Both the position numbers and the translations under genes were made by a program. Positions 37,401-49,715 of a stretch of 64,000 bases of DNA are shown here, piece after piece. Source of the DNA: Phoronis australis (Eukaryota > Animalia > Phoronida); contig NMRA01000193.1 in assembly GCA_002633005.1 (NCBI GenBank), positions 307,527-371,526 of the forward strand. The letters run 5' to 3'. Every line of letters begins with the position of its first letter. Within the stretch, counting starts at the first letter, position 1. Under the pieces are notes generated by a model, which ran no database searches, was not told where the DNA came from, and saw only the letters and a program-made list of their open reading frames with translations.

Positions 37401-40400
37401 AAGGATAAAAAGTTATTTATGAATTTTACCCTTGGTAATGCAGGTATCCTTATCATCTTAACTAGCATCATCAAGCCAGTTCCTCATGTAATGAGCACAA
37501 ATGACCAGACACCTTCCCACACACAAGTCAGTCAATTTGAAAATGCATATGTCTCTCTCTGACTATAAGTTGAATGAGGACAGCATGAAATCTAGAACAG
37601 TGTTACATGCCAAGCTGGTATTATCAGTATCTATTCAGCTGAATATCCACAGGGACATGGGACATCACAAGACCATGACCATACAAAGCAGATTCACTCA
37701 CCCCTGGTCTGTAGAAAGGTGAATCGAACTTCTGGAACTTGTCAAACTGAAACATGGAGAGACAAATGACAATTAGTGACACAACAAGATGTTCTCAATG
37801 ACTGGACCAAGCTGTGATAAGTGTCAGGTCAACAATGACATTACCCAAGAACAATTAGCTATTGTTAAACAACCATGGTTAGGTTCAAGTGGCATTTCAG
37901 ATTCACTGTAAAAACAGGATGAACAGAATATAAAGACATTCAGCCTTAAGGTAGAGTGATGACCTACCTCAACCTGTGTAGAGTTGAAAAGACAATGCAC
38001 AGTTTGAACTCATTAGCCATTCCTATCCCAAATTAGGATATTTTGACTGTTTGGAACTGTTTTTGTTTCATATTAATGCCCAAGCCTTACATACAAACTA
38101 CCCACAGTATGGACACGCACTATCGAACATGAACTAATGTTTTGTAATCTCGTCAAGTTTGAATTTTCTGTTATGGAGAACATCGAGAAACAATCCGCAT
38201 TAAAAAAGATAGTGAATGTATCACAACCACTATTCAATTTACTAAATTTAATCCCAGATTCCTCATAAATCTACATGTTGAAATATCTTAACAAGTGCCC
38301 TGACATGACAGCGTACAACTTCATTTCACTGAAATCTCAAGGTCAGTTTTGCAAGTGCACCAGCTCTGCCACTAAAACTGAACAAAAAAAGTGAACCTGA
38401 ACTCTCCACAGATCAACACATGGTCACCTAGAATTGACATACAGCCTATTTGTATCCGTCTCACTTCACAACAAAAACCTGTACTCGACAACAAACAAAA
38501 GAGAAAACCGGACAGATAGATCAACAGTCTTCTCAGCTCACTCGTACATTCATATATATCCACTCACTGCTTTTCCAGCTTAACTACTGTAATACGTAGA
38601 CAGCTAGCTTAATTAAGAACTTGGCGAGGTGGACTCGACTCAAAAACAACAGAGCGCACCTGGCTACTAACATACAATTTAGTCAAGGATCTCTTCGGAA
38701 ATTAACACCTCTCCTCCCATTGATTGGTGCTAATTAGACGGAATTAACGACTGCGCTGCGCTATACTGTTTCTAGCAATATCAGGCAATGCTAACTGCAG
38801 TGACACGCAGCTGTAGCGCATCATTTATGTGACTTAACTACAGGAGAGGTCACCTGAGACAATGCACTAATTTCCTTGAAAGACGGCCTTTTAACAAACA
38901 CATTATCTGTTTAATAAGCAGAGACGCCCAACAAAGCAATACTTACAGTGAAACCAGGTTGTTACATGGTTTTAAATCAAATGAGTCTTCTCTATTTTGA
39001 AAGGAGATTGTATTGACAGTTTAACAAAAGCCTTGTTAGAACTAACTTAAGAAGCACATTGTCGACACACTGGCTTCCAAGACTGAGTGAAGGGGACAGT
39101 CTACAGGCGCAAGATACACAGACAATGTTCTGTCAATATTATCTTAACTGATACAACACCACTACAGGCAAGCACTCCTTCAATCTTAAATAGTGCAGCC
39201 TCGAAAATCTTAGAATAGTACTCCAGTGTGTACACAGTTCAGAATACAAACGTGCACACTAAGAAGCTATGGACAAGTCCTCACCAGTCACTCTAACTTA
39301 AACTGAATGGAAGGTGCGGACACGCCCATGCCTGCTGGTAAACCACTGAGGGGAAGAAGTGCTTGAATGATTCAATGAGGCAGAAGGGTTTGATGAAGCT
39401 TTGTCAATTACTAGGTACAAACTATTGGCACCTACAGACAGACACCACACAGGCTTACAGCTATGGAACCCATGACACTTACCAGATGGGGTATGCCGGC
39501 GGCCGCGGCAGCAGGCGGTAACAGTCCGCCCCCCATGGTAGGGGGGTAGGGACTGTAGGTGTGTTGATGCATGTGCTGATGCTGATGCATATGTTGGTGT
39601 TGATGTGTCTCCGTGCGCAACAACGGCAGTGCACTCAGGGGACCACTGGTCATACGATCCTGGGTGGCCAGGAACTGACTGTTGAGTTGCTTCAATAACT
39701 CCTGCTGCTGTTGGTCTGATGGAGGTGAGAAATACAGTTAGATGTGCCAATTAACAGGATGATACTTTGGTTAAACTGTGCCATACTGTACAGTTGAATT
39801 TATTTTCGTGAAAAGGATTGTATACTCACTGTTGAATACAGCAAGACAATAAGTGTAGAAATACAATAGAACATTATTGCGTTACTACCTGCACAACAAT
39901 TGTATGCAAAAAAAAACAGTCACCTAAGCAGAACCGTTTTTATTGCACTTGTTAGTACAAAGACCTGTCAGTGGTAACTAACCTACTACCAAAGTAGACT
40001 AAGCAGACTTTGACAGAACTCTGCCAAACTTGGACGAACTTTTTTAGCCAGAATTATTCAGCAGTTCAGTGGAACTTCTGTACCAATGCTATAAGGTTCT
40101 GTGGAACTTAAGAGTTTAATGTTACATTATTGTGTCTAGACACTAATTGTTTATTTGTGAATAGACTTAAAAGGCAAGTTGTTGACAATTCCATAAAGTG
40201 CAATGAGCAACAAATGTTGAGAACTAGCCTGAATTGAAATGGATTCTAACCTGTTCAGTGCCCAAAAACTTTAGAACTACTGTATTTAACGCAACCCAGA
40301 AGACGCACATATGACATGTGCCAGACATGGAGATTTACCCCAAATGGTTTTCATCATAGGATTCCATGCCAATCCAGTAAATTCTCATCAACTTCCAAGA

Positions 40401-43048
40401 AAAGTATTGCAAAACTTGCACCATTTTTCAAGGACAGTCAACATAGTTGCCAACACCTACAATTTTTTAACACATCATATAATAGTAGACAAGGAACAGA
40501 ACTTGAAAATGGTGATGGATTAATTTGGTACTTCCCATAGCTACTTATCTTGTGCGGAAAAGATGAAGTATAAAATGTCACTCACCTCCCTTGTTGCGTC
40601 TTAAATTTACAAGATTTTTGCAGCAACTCTCAAGGGAATTTCTAGCATACGCAACCCAAAATGCACTACCCAAAACAATGATGCAACGAGATGCTGACTT
40701 CACAGTTACATCACAGATACTTACTCTGGTGAAACGCTGACAGTGATTGGCTGTCGAGTGACGACAAAGGTGTAGAAAGACTAGTGCTGGCTGGCGGAAG
40801 TGCCGTTGATGTCAGGGGTGGTGGTGGTGGTATGGGCGTGGTGAACATGCTGTGCGCAGACACCGGAGTGGCATGCGCCTGCCGGAAGGGCACAGGCGCA
40901 AATGAGGGCGCGGAACGACTAGCTGGGGTGGTCGTCCGTGCCGGGGATGTCGTTGACTGGGAGGGCGCTGCAGTCGTGTAAGTAGGAGAAGACGTGGAGC
41001 TGAAACATAAAACATACGACAATGACTAAAGATAGATTGAGTTGACAAACTTACCACATGCTGTTTTAGTTAGTTTTCGGCAATAGCTACAAATGGCACA
41101 GGACCTAATGTTAACTGCTGCCACAGTGATAGATAAACCATCACTCTTCAAAGGGGGGACAGTACATATTAAGGTTCACACAAGCACAGTTAAAGATGTC
41201 TACCCCATAACTAATGTTGTTCCATCCTGCACATGTGATACGACAACTGACAACCTGAACCATCCTCACTCACCTGAAGACTTAACAAGTTATACTGGAT
41301 GTCAGCAGTTATGCAAGACAAGCTGAGCTCACTATCATGGCTGCTTTAATATTCAACTTGGTGGGGACAAAATTGCATTTGGATAATCATTATCATTGGC
41401 TATGTTTTCTTTTAAAGTCAATACAATGAACAAAATTTAATATGAATTCTTTGATCACTATTTATTGAACTTTACTTTTGAAATGAACAAAAGAAGCTTG
41501 TATCTATAGGGCCTTTCCTACTAATTTTGACGTGTCGATGTTTTGGAGAGTTGCGGTCACCATGAACAGTTAACTTCGGTTCCATCCGGCGGAGTTATCG
41601 CCAGGTGCCACTGTTATCATAAAAAATTAAATAGTGTCTTCGCTTATAGTTTCTTACATTTTGCTTGAATAATCAGTCGAATTAAAAATAAGTTTTATGT
41701 CAATTAGCACATGTAAATGTTATCAAATAGCCACATTAAAAAAATCTTAGCGCGCAGTGCTACCTTTCGTTTACTTTGATGACAACAGCGTCACCTAGAG
41801 TTTACTTCGATGTCGGTAACCACCGAAGCCGGTTTAGTTACCTTCGCAGTTTACGTCGAAGCTCCGCTCAGACCAGAGTAAAGTCGGTATGAAAAGGCCT
41901 TGCATGTTTAGGATAGTAACAAGCTATTACAAATGCACATGTGTGGGACACTCATGGTGTTATGTCCATAAAGTACTCTTATATTGTCAGATAGTGCAGC
42001 TGCTTACAGAGACAGTCCACGTGGCGAAAATAGAACCGACTCCACTGGTAATCAACATGATATAATGGTTACAAATGATTATCGGTTCATTAACTACAGG
42101 AGAAAACAATTGAGATTTAATTTGTCCTAACAATACCAAGATCATTACCAAGCATTATTTGCAGTCATTATATTGAGTAAGCAATTAACTGAACAAAGAC
42201 GATATTAGACAGGAAGCAGAAATAAGAGCAGTAATTTAGCCTAAATCAACAGCCAGTGTAAGAACAATTGACTTCATAGACAACTTTTGCCATACACCAA
42301 ACCAGCTTAATACAACATTAAGATAAATTTCAAATCATCTTCAGGCACTGTTCACAATTATTGCCATTTTCATGTCTGTACAAAACGCACTTTTTCTTAT
42401 CCTGAAAATGTATGAAATGTGTTATTTTTGTTGAAACCAACTGAGGTGAAGACAAGGTCTCTAATGCTAACTCGCTTTATCACCAGTTCCTGAATTCTCT
42501 GTCAAAGAACAAAAATAGCAAAAATACGGCGAGATGTTTATTTTCAAGGTTATAAAAAAGGCAGCAAAAAGCCAAGAAATTTGATCATTTCACATCACTC
42601 TTACGATGTCAAAAGCGTGCACTGGTATCAACCCACGGCCCCACTGCCTCACAAAATATACAACTACATATTACCGACAATGGCAATGATAGTGAATTGA
42701 CACTTCTCATAAGGTATGATGGTGAGAGCCAACATGGTGGTTTTATCACAAAATATTGAAGCAGAGCCATTGTAAGTAACAATCCTTGTTAATGAACTGC
42801 ATGGACATTCCTTAATAAATGCTCTTTTTCCCATGAACACAATTCTTTTTTCACAAGCTGCATTTACCTTCTTTATTACAATTCATTTCAGATAAACATG
42901 TTTCTTTGCTCACAAACCATTTTTTTCACAGGAGTAGTCAGCATGAACTCAATGCAATTGATCAGCTGCATGTATACTGTGTGAGCACTGGTTAAAGAGA
43001 AAAGAATACTGTGCATGAAAAAAGAAACGTGCTCTTAAGAATCAAACT

Positions 43049-43092
<44 letters not shown>

Positions 43093-44851
43093 TGTTTGTG
43101 TGTGTCTGTGTGTGTCTGTGTGTGCGTTGGAGGGTGCGTGTGTTTGTCTGTGCATGTCAAGACATTCAACTCCTGCATGAAAAAGTACTGATAATTACAA
43201 TTACTGTCTAATTGGTAAGGAAAACTAGTGACAACATTTACAAAATATGAGTTTAGAAACCAAATAGAAGCCTGGGTCAATACTGGGGCGAATGAAACCA
43301 AGAGAGTCAACACACAACGTTGTTGATGCATGATTGTCCCCATGGGTAGGAGTTAATTGTTGAACATTTCCTATGAAACTAGGGAAAATTTAATGATTCA
43401 ACCATGCATATTTTGTTCACAAATGTACACACTGGCCGCACTTGTTGACAAACTTCCTTTTATACAGTTATACACAAAAGGCGTATCTCAGGATTGGTCA
43501 GCATAAAACTGTGGAACCACGCAATATATGTTGACCTCAACCAAGTGCAATACTAGAAGTCATTAAATTAATTTCCAGAAACCAAGTCAGCTCACATATT
43601 CATAAAACCCAAGCTAACTGGTCTGGAAAATGCAAAGTTTGCCATTCTTAATGAACAGTATTTTTAGCCAACTTTATAGGAACATGATGGTAGTTTTGAT
43701 AACAGCACCAACCTTGTCCACAAGAGGGGACGAGCTAGTGACGAGCTTGCACGCACAGTACTGTCCAACTGACTAGTTACAGAGCTGGTGGTGGGCGTAG
43801 ACACTGATGTTGATACGGCAAGAGAACCGTTGTGGGCGGAGTCTACACTGCTACTGGCGCTATGACTGTTGTCCCCTGGAAACATTGCAATATACATAAA
43901 TGATGAGACATTCCATATGCATCAATTGACGATAGCATATTTGAAACCAGATGTTGCAAAAAATTGTTTGCTCACAAGACTGTACAGAAACATTTTTACA
44001 ATTGGCTTTGCAATGATGGCATTGCTGGTTTCCTTCTGTCTGTCACAGAGAGGTGTTTGTGTCCTATATCAAAGTTCGAATCAGATATGCAAGAATTCAC
44101 CTTTATTATAAGGTGTGAGCAGTAAAAGGCATTAATATCTAGAGCAACTTTCACATTAGAATTAGTGAGAATTAATTCAGCAGCAACATATTTTAAATCA
44201 GTATGATAACCAACTGTCTAACATTCCATTGTCCTAACTTAAAAGCTTCAACGTACTTAACACCAGATGTCGCTATGCTGTCACAATCCTTCCATCAAAA
44301 ATATCTAGAATCGCCCTCTTGCTTCAAATGCTGATCAGAACATCAGTTTCATCAGGTAACCAGTTACCACATCTATTCTTGTTTGATTTGTTGCTTTGAG
44401 GCACATAGTACAGTGAACAGCTAATGACACAATGTGAGCGAAATAGTGACAACTTCGTGTTCGCATGACATGGCGAAACAATTTAGGACAATCGAGAAAC
44501 ATAATTTGGACTAAAACTTTTGCATTTCACTTATGTAATCGGAATAACTTTGGTCTGCCTGTCAGTCTGGTGTTTTTGAGCACACTAACTGCAGCACCGT
44601 CCTAAATTTAGACTAGTATAAATCATCTTTTGCATTGGGTCTACAATTCTTCTAGTTGTTCGTTGATAGTTCTAAATCCATATTGGGAAAGGTCCTTTAC
44701 ACAACTTGGTCTATAGTAACTTGCAGTCAAGGTAAATATGAAAGCCCTTGAAAACAAGTTACTGAGAAATAAGTATACGTTCAAAATGGTCAATGATTTA
44801 ATACTTACTTTTGTGGTTTGATGTGAACAGATCAGAGCCGTAATCAGATAC
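30489..44851 (-). CDS. AUTS2: AUTS2/FBRSL1/fibrosin-family (tay bridge-like) protein; 3' 12 exons, 845 aa; 5' end outside the window
   Basis: Exons 44809-44851, 43713-43875, 40725-40999, 39483-39715, 37702-37746, 35415-35522, 34964-35095, 34318-34513, 33807-33941, 33283-33454, 31896-31976 and 30489-31443 join in frame (2538 nt, all GT-AG). Family motifs: ELLKQLNSQFLA, HQHQHMHQHQHMHQHT, FDKFQKFDSPFYR, GAFQPK, KSGKWCIAHVRVAYEIYNHQQK, WSRLHRAP, RE-rich tail. Confidence 0.92.
31896..31976 (-). CDS. AUTS2: AUTS2-like charged exon
   Basis: EIEKERERHKELAAEREKDREKHREM; ttgcag acceptor, gtgagt donor. Confidence 0.85.
33283..33454 (-). CDS. AUTS2: AUTS2-like exon
   Basis: SSLFGGRDLPGLGSAHEWSRLHRAPGSF...QLDRE. 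Confidence 0.88.
33807..33941 (-). CDS. AUTS2: AUTS2-like exon
   Basis: VRHNRSPFDVP...HLAPFARPSPYSGLG. Confidence 0.87.
34318..34513 (-). CDS. AUTS2: AUTS2-like exon with the conserved KWCxxHVxxAxxIYxHQQK motif
   Basis: KSGKWCIAHVRVAYEIYNHQQK. Confidence 0.93.
34667..34806. mobile_element. Two tandem ~70-bp mini-elements with CATGGG...CCCATG-type ends
   Basis: Duplicated ggggggctgg...cccacttttttcagt...cccatg units. Confidence 0.5.
34964..35095 (-). CDS. AUTS2: AUTS2-like exon
   Basis: LGSQGLGQQ...KPPGTPG; tttcag acceptor, gtaaac donor. Confidence 0.82.
35415..35522 (-). CDS. AUTS2: AUTS2-like exon ending GAFQPK
   Basis: tttcag acceptor, gtgagt donor. Confidence 0.9.
35833..36383. repeat. 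31-bp minisatellite (GAGAACAGGACACCATTCACCAGCATGGACA) x ~18
   Basis: Tandem array; accounts for the repetitive ORFs at 35747-36420. Confidence 0.95.
36602..36694. mobile_element. Tiny TTAA-flanked inverted-repeat element (piggyBac-like ends)
   Basis: TTAA-CCAGAGAGCTC ... GAGTTCTCGGG-TTAA. Confidence 0.4.
37702..37746 (-). CDS. AUTS2: AUTS2-like 45-nt exon (FDKFQKFDSPFYRPG)
   Basis: tttcag acceptor, gtgagt donor; resembles FDKYPTKVDPFYR. Confidence 0.87.
39483..39715 (-). CDS. AUTS2: AUTS2-like HQHT-motif exon
   Basis: QQQQELLKQLNSQFLATQDR...RTETHQHQHMHQHQHMHQHT. Confidence 0.92.
40725..40999 (-). CDS. AUTS2: AUTS2-like Pro/Ser/Thr-rich exon
   Basis: tttcag acceptor, gtaagt donor; MFTTPIPPPPPLTS motif. 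Confidence 0.85.
41508..41900. mobile_element. PIF/Harbinger-type MITE (diverged copy 2 of the 10781 family)
   Basis: Shares aaataagttttatgtcaat..cacatgt and aaaaaatcttagcg internal sequence and GGCC termini. Confidence 0.8.
43050..43152. repeat. (GT)n microsatellite
   Basis: Read directly. Confidence 0.95.
43713..43875 (-). CDS. AUTS2: AUTS2-like Ser/Thr-rich exon
   Basis: DNSHSASSSVDS...RPLLWT; ttccag acceptor, gttggt donor. Confidence 0.78.
44809..44851 (-). CDS. AUTS2: AUTS2-like 43-nt exon (VSDYGSDLFTSNHK)
   Basis: ttttgcag acceptor, gtaagt donor; phase 0 to 1 fits the next exon; resembles vertebrate ASDASSEKLF. Confidence 0.65.
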
Positions 44852-46162
44852 CTGCAAAACAAGAAATATGGTTAGAAAAAATTCTTCAACCAACATATGA
44901 TTTACACAAATTTCAACATTGAAAAGTAACGAATTTGCTTAACAACTCTCGCCATTAATTTTGACTATTAAGAAATGTGTGACCCCTACCTTTTGAACAT
45001 AAAATGCCCCTGCCCTAAATATACTCTGGCTAAATTTTCACCTTTTCTGTTAAATTCCAGGGCCTCATATTGGAGAGACAATAATGAATTCAGAAAATTC
45101 TTGAAATCCAATTTTACCACCAACATGAGGTTGCATCTCAGTGTCCACAAAGAATTCTAAGTTTCCAATAGATTTACCACTATATTGTTAATGCTTTATT
45201 TATCCAAAGGTGGCACTGCTGTTGAAACCAAGCAGTGGCTGCACACCCACTGTTCAAGTATCAGTAAGTATCCAAAGTAACTTTAGAAATACCAGTGAAA
45301 TACTAAATAGCAAGAGACGGTTTTTTCTTACCAGGCGTTCAGAAATATGTTAAAAAATACATCACAGTTGAAATTAGTTTCGTTACTGATATTCAGGCTG
45401 TTTTGAGAACAGTGGTACAACATTGAAAGGGATCACAGATATGCCAATGAAGTCTAATCTAGGAATAGCCAGTTTGTCCAGTTGGTGAATGTACAGAACA
45501 GAAATGTGAATATATACAATTGCCTTTTGGCATGTATTTTTATACCCAGAAATAGGAAATATCAATAAAAATACTGTTAAAATATCGTATCAACAAGAAA
45601 GCATCTATATTGGTACTTGGAATAATACTTAAGTGTGCAGCCCTACCACGGTTCTATCATTTCATGAATATTTTGTGGTAGACATTCATAAAACACAACA
45701 GATGGCTCCACTCTTTATCAACTGAACAGGATGAGTGTCATACACAAATGCACAGGCGCACTCTCGCACACTTACGCATGTGACCTACAAAACCCCCCAA
45801 AACAAAACCAATCCACCTTCAAATACACTCCATTTACAGGATGAGTACCATGTCAATACATAGCATATATTTTAGTTGAGAAAGATGGATATAATTATAC
45901 ACAACTGGGTGATTCTGTTCATCATATTGTGGTTGACTGAACATCAACAGATGGTAATGTGATAAAGTACTGATGAACCTAGTGAGACCACACACATAGT
46001 CACACAGCAGGCATCACCTACACCTGTACACACTCTGACATGCCTTCTGTAGTCACAAAATCACACAAGTCTTCCCCATGTATATCACTAAGCACTACAG
46101 GCAAAGCACATCATCACACTAGCTTTTCAGGCATTTGTTTTGGGTTTAGCCCTGCTGACAAA

Positions 46163-46170
46163 CACGCGCG

Positions 46171-46206
<36 letters not shown>
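46163..46206. repeat. (CG)n(CA)n compound microsatellite
   Basis: Read directly. Confidence 0.9.
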
Positions 46207-49200
46207 GATGTACATAAATCACTGTTTTGATCCTGTGACACTAAAACCACCATCGTACTAATTTGAAGACAAATACCACCAACAAATCAAACTCTAAGGT
46301 ATAAAAATCAGATAACACCAACCAATCCCCTTGAAGGTAAGTGTGTAGCTATGCACTGCCAAATTCATGATAAATACTAACCTTACATTAAAGAGAACTA
46401 TTTCCAAATAGTTACAGTTAAAAGATGGTAAATACTGAAGAAGAGACATGAAAGTAAGTCTATCAGTTCAAAACACCTAACGCTGAACAAACTCTTATTG
46501 TCTACGCCAGCTCAGTTGCAGAACAACCTCCTAATTTGTTGAAAGGAGAAATCAGCTTTTTCCAGGAAGAACAGATCCACTGCATGTACACCTTGACTAA
46601 ACTCACGTTTCCTCATCCCATGAGCAGTGACTTAATTTGATTCTAATAACATCTCATTAGTGATTTGGAGCAGTGTATTAGCAACTGGCGGCTAGTACGT
46701 CAAGTTGATTAAAATAACTAAAGAGCCGGGCAGGTCATATGCTCCCTTTATCCCTTATTTAGCCCAAACCTTAAGATACCCACCCATTTACAGAGTGAAC
46801 AAAAGAAGCAATATGAAGGAGCTTCCAGGAAAAGTCACCTTTTTGTTCCAGAAACATGACTCGTTAGTAGAGGTTAGTTCCAGAAACTTAGGTAATGATT
46901 CTTGGACAGCTGTCTTATACACTGTCTAAGTACTCAGATAAGGTATACAAAGTTCAGTCTGAATACAAAAAATTAAAGAGAGCACACAGAGGGGGCAAAG
47001 AAGGGTCAGGGTCATATCACTGTTCATGCAGGACTGTAATTTCATGGCAACACGCTGTGCAAAACCAATTTCATGTTCAAGCACTGCTAAAATTGGGTTT
47101 CATATTTCCCATAAACAGGGCTGGTCACCAATAGTTCTGCACATACATAGCATTACGTCAAAGCTCAACACCAACCAATGCCTTTTCTTATCCACCTGCA
47201 GAAGTTAACAAAAGCAAGCAGGGACGAAGGTATAATGCAAAATACTTGGGCTGTAAGCTACTGAGATTACATACTTTGTAATGTGAGGTGATATCTGGAC
47301 TATTTGATAACACACACAAACATTTGAACTCCCTAAAAGTGGCAGCTTCTTGAAAGATGTTCGCGACACCACCCCATTATTCCAACATATACTGTAAATC
47401 ACAGATAACAAACCTCTGGTCACCAGAGTGAGTTACTAAGCAATATAGTAGTCAAGTCGCAGCAGTAAGGAGTCAGTAATGAATACTGCACTAATGTCAT
47501 TTAGGTGGAATTACAGAAGTCAAGCACATATGAAGCACAGGTTTAAACTACTCAATAGCTGATGCTTACAATTATAAATGTCAATACTAGATCGCAGGAG
47601 GATATCACATCTATAAACTACATCACAGGAGGATATCACATCTATAAACAATCTACCACACTTGCTTCCATAATGACCCAATAGACAAAAAAAAACAAAC
47701 AAAACACGGTTTCATAAAGGACATCCCCAAGCTTAAATTAAGAGTGATTTTTTTGTGACCAGCATTGTTGTGCATAAGATATAGTCTCAGTCACCAGGTG
47801 GCGAGACCGTCTCGTTCAGGAGTTGGCTCACCAGGAACTGCCAAACAACATGCCGTGGATATCAACAACATTTTGTGTGTATGTTCACAAAAAGGCCAGC
47901 AAGCAAAGGGACAATTTACGAGAAAAGGAAGCAGTACTAGTAATCAGGAGCAGAACTGGTTGGTAGTACTTAACAGACATTTACGTTATCCCTAGGTGAT
48001 ACTACCATTATCAAAAAAAAGGCGTGAAATGACCTACACCATTGTCAAAGCAGTGACGCTCCTGATAACTTCGATGGACACCAAACCCGAGCGTTTCCAC
48101 TGTAGCAATGCTTCAGTGCTAAATCCACCTGCTTACTGAAAGGAAATTTTCATGTAAGCGTTCCCACAGACAGACGCTTCCTTAAATATTCGAAGAGTTG
48201 ATGCAAGCAGGAAAGGCCTTTCAGCATCCTTAAACTTATGCATGTTATGAATTCAAGCAACAAGTATAAATTTCACCTTTTCTGCCTCATACACTCCACT
48301 GTCCTTAAGAGAACAGATCGTTTAAGTTTCTAAAATGTTAAAACTCACTAGGCACTGCTCTTCCATCTCTCACTAGTCCAGGTCAGTTGCTGTATCAATC
48401 TCTAAATAGGTTCACCCATAACCCAAAACGCAGCTGGCATTCACACCTATGAGTTCTCTCCAGTCTTCACAGCACTAGGCTACTTGACAGTGTAAACAAT
48501 GACAAACACAAGGAGTGCTCAGTCTGACAAGTCCCATAAATACCACCAGGGTGGTCCATGTGACCAGTATCCTGATACTCACAACTCCACATGCCAGCAA
48601 GGCTGTGCCAGAATGGTTTTAGCACTAAAATGTGGTTTGAAGACAGGTAGTCTAAGGTAATAATTCAGTGGTAGTTATACTCCCAGGGGTTATAATATAT
48701 TGGGCTGGAAATAGCACACCAGAAGCAGCACAAAGGCAAGACAGTGGCTTAAAACACCCAAGGAGACCTTGACCTTGACTAGGCCACCACAAATTTGAAT
48801 CTATAAACACTTGATGCAGATGAATGGTTTTAGACTGCTATTGTAAATCATAACTAATAGTATAATTTGCAGTCTGTGGATTATTGGCAAATACCATTAT
48901 GTTGCAAAGACATCAAAGTAAACTATCAAAAGATGTTCAGAAATAGCACATTGTCACAGACTGACAACTTCAGGGTGATGTACATGGCCTGTAACAACTA
49001 GTATCAATAAGCACAAGTGGTGCACATCTATACCAAGAAATGTCAAACCAACATTGGACGATTTATCAGTCGAGCTTTGTCTTCAGGTACCACATGGACT
49101 ACTCCAATGACATTCCATTGAAAGATGATAACATATGTCAAGATTTTATCCAAATGAACAAGAGTAGACCACAACAAACTATCCACTCACAATGCAGCCA

Positions 49201-49396
49201 ATAGAAATGTTTAAGTGCATTGCCTTTGTAATACAGAAAGCAAGGCATAACCTCTGATCAAATTTCATAACACTGAAGCAACAAACAATCTTTTTCAGGG
49301 CAATGCTAAAGCAAGACATGCTCTGAAGCTAGAATGACTGATGATCTAATAATGTAAATATGAAACAGCAAAAAAACTGTAATGAGGTGTGTAACA

Positions 49397-49715
49397 GAGT
49401 CCATGCACTAGAGACCATGCACTAAAGTCCATGCAATAGAGTCCATGCACTAGAGACCATGCACTAGATGCCATGCAATAGAGTCCATGCACTAGAGTCC
49501 ATGCACTAAAGTCCATGCAATAGAGTCCATGCACTGGAGGCCATGCACTAGATGCCATGCAGTAGAGGCCTTGTTGTAGAGGACATGCAGTAAAGGCTGT
49601 GTAGTAAATGGCCATGCAGTAGAGGCTGTGTAGTAGTTGTAGTAGTGGCCATGCAGTTGAGGCCACACAGTAGTGGCCATGCAGTAGAGGCCATGAACTG
49701 GAGGCTATGCAGTAT
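49397..49715. repeat. 14-bp minisatellite (GAGTCCATGCACTA) with higher-order 42/84-bp structure
   Basis: 12 regular units followed by degenerate units. Confidence 0.93.

Noticed and set aside
39700-39715. Tandem CAG acceptors at the start of the HQHT exon
   Set aside because: The alternative AGs shift the frame by 8, 11 or 14 nt, so they are not in-frame NAGNAG variants.
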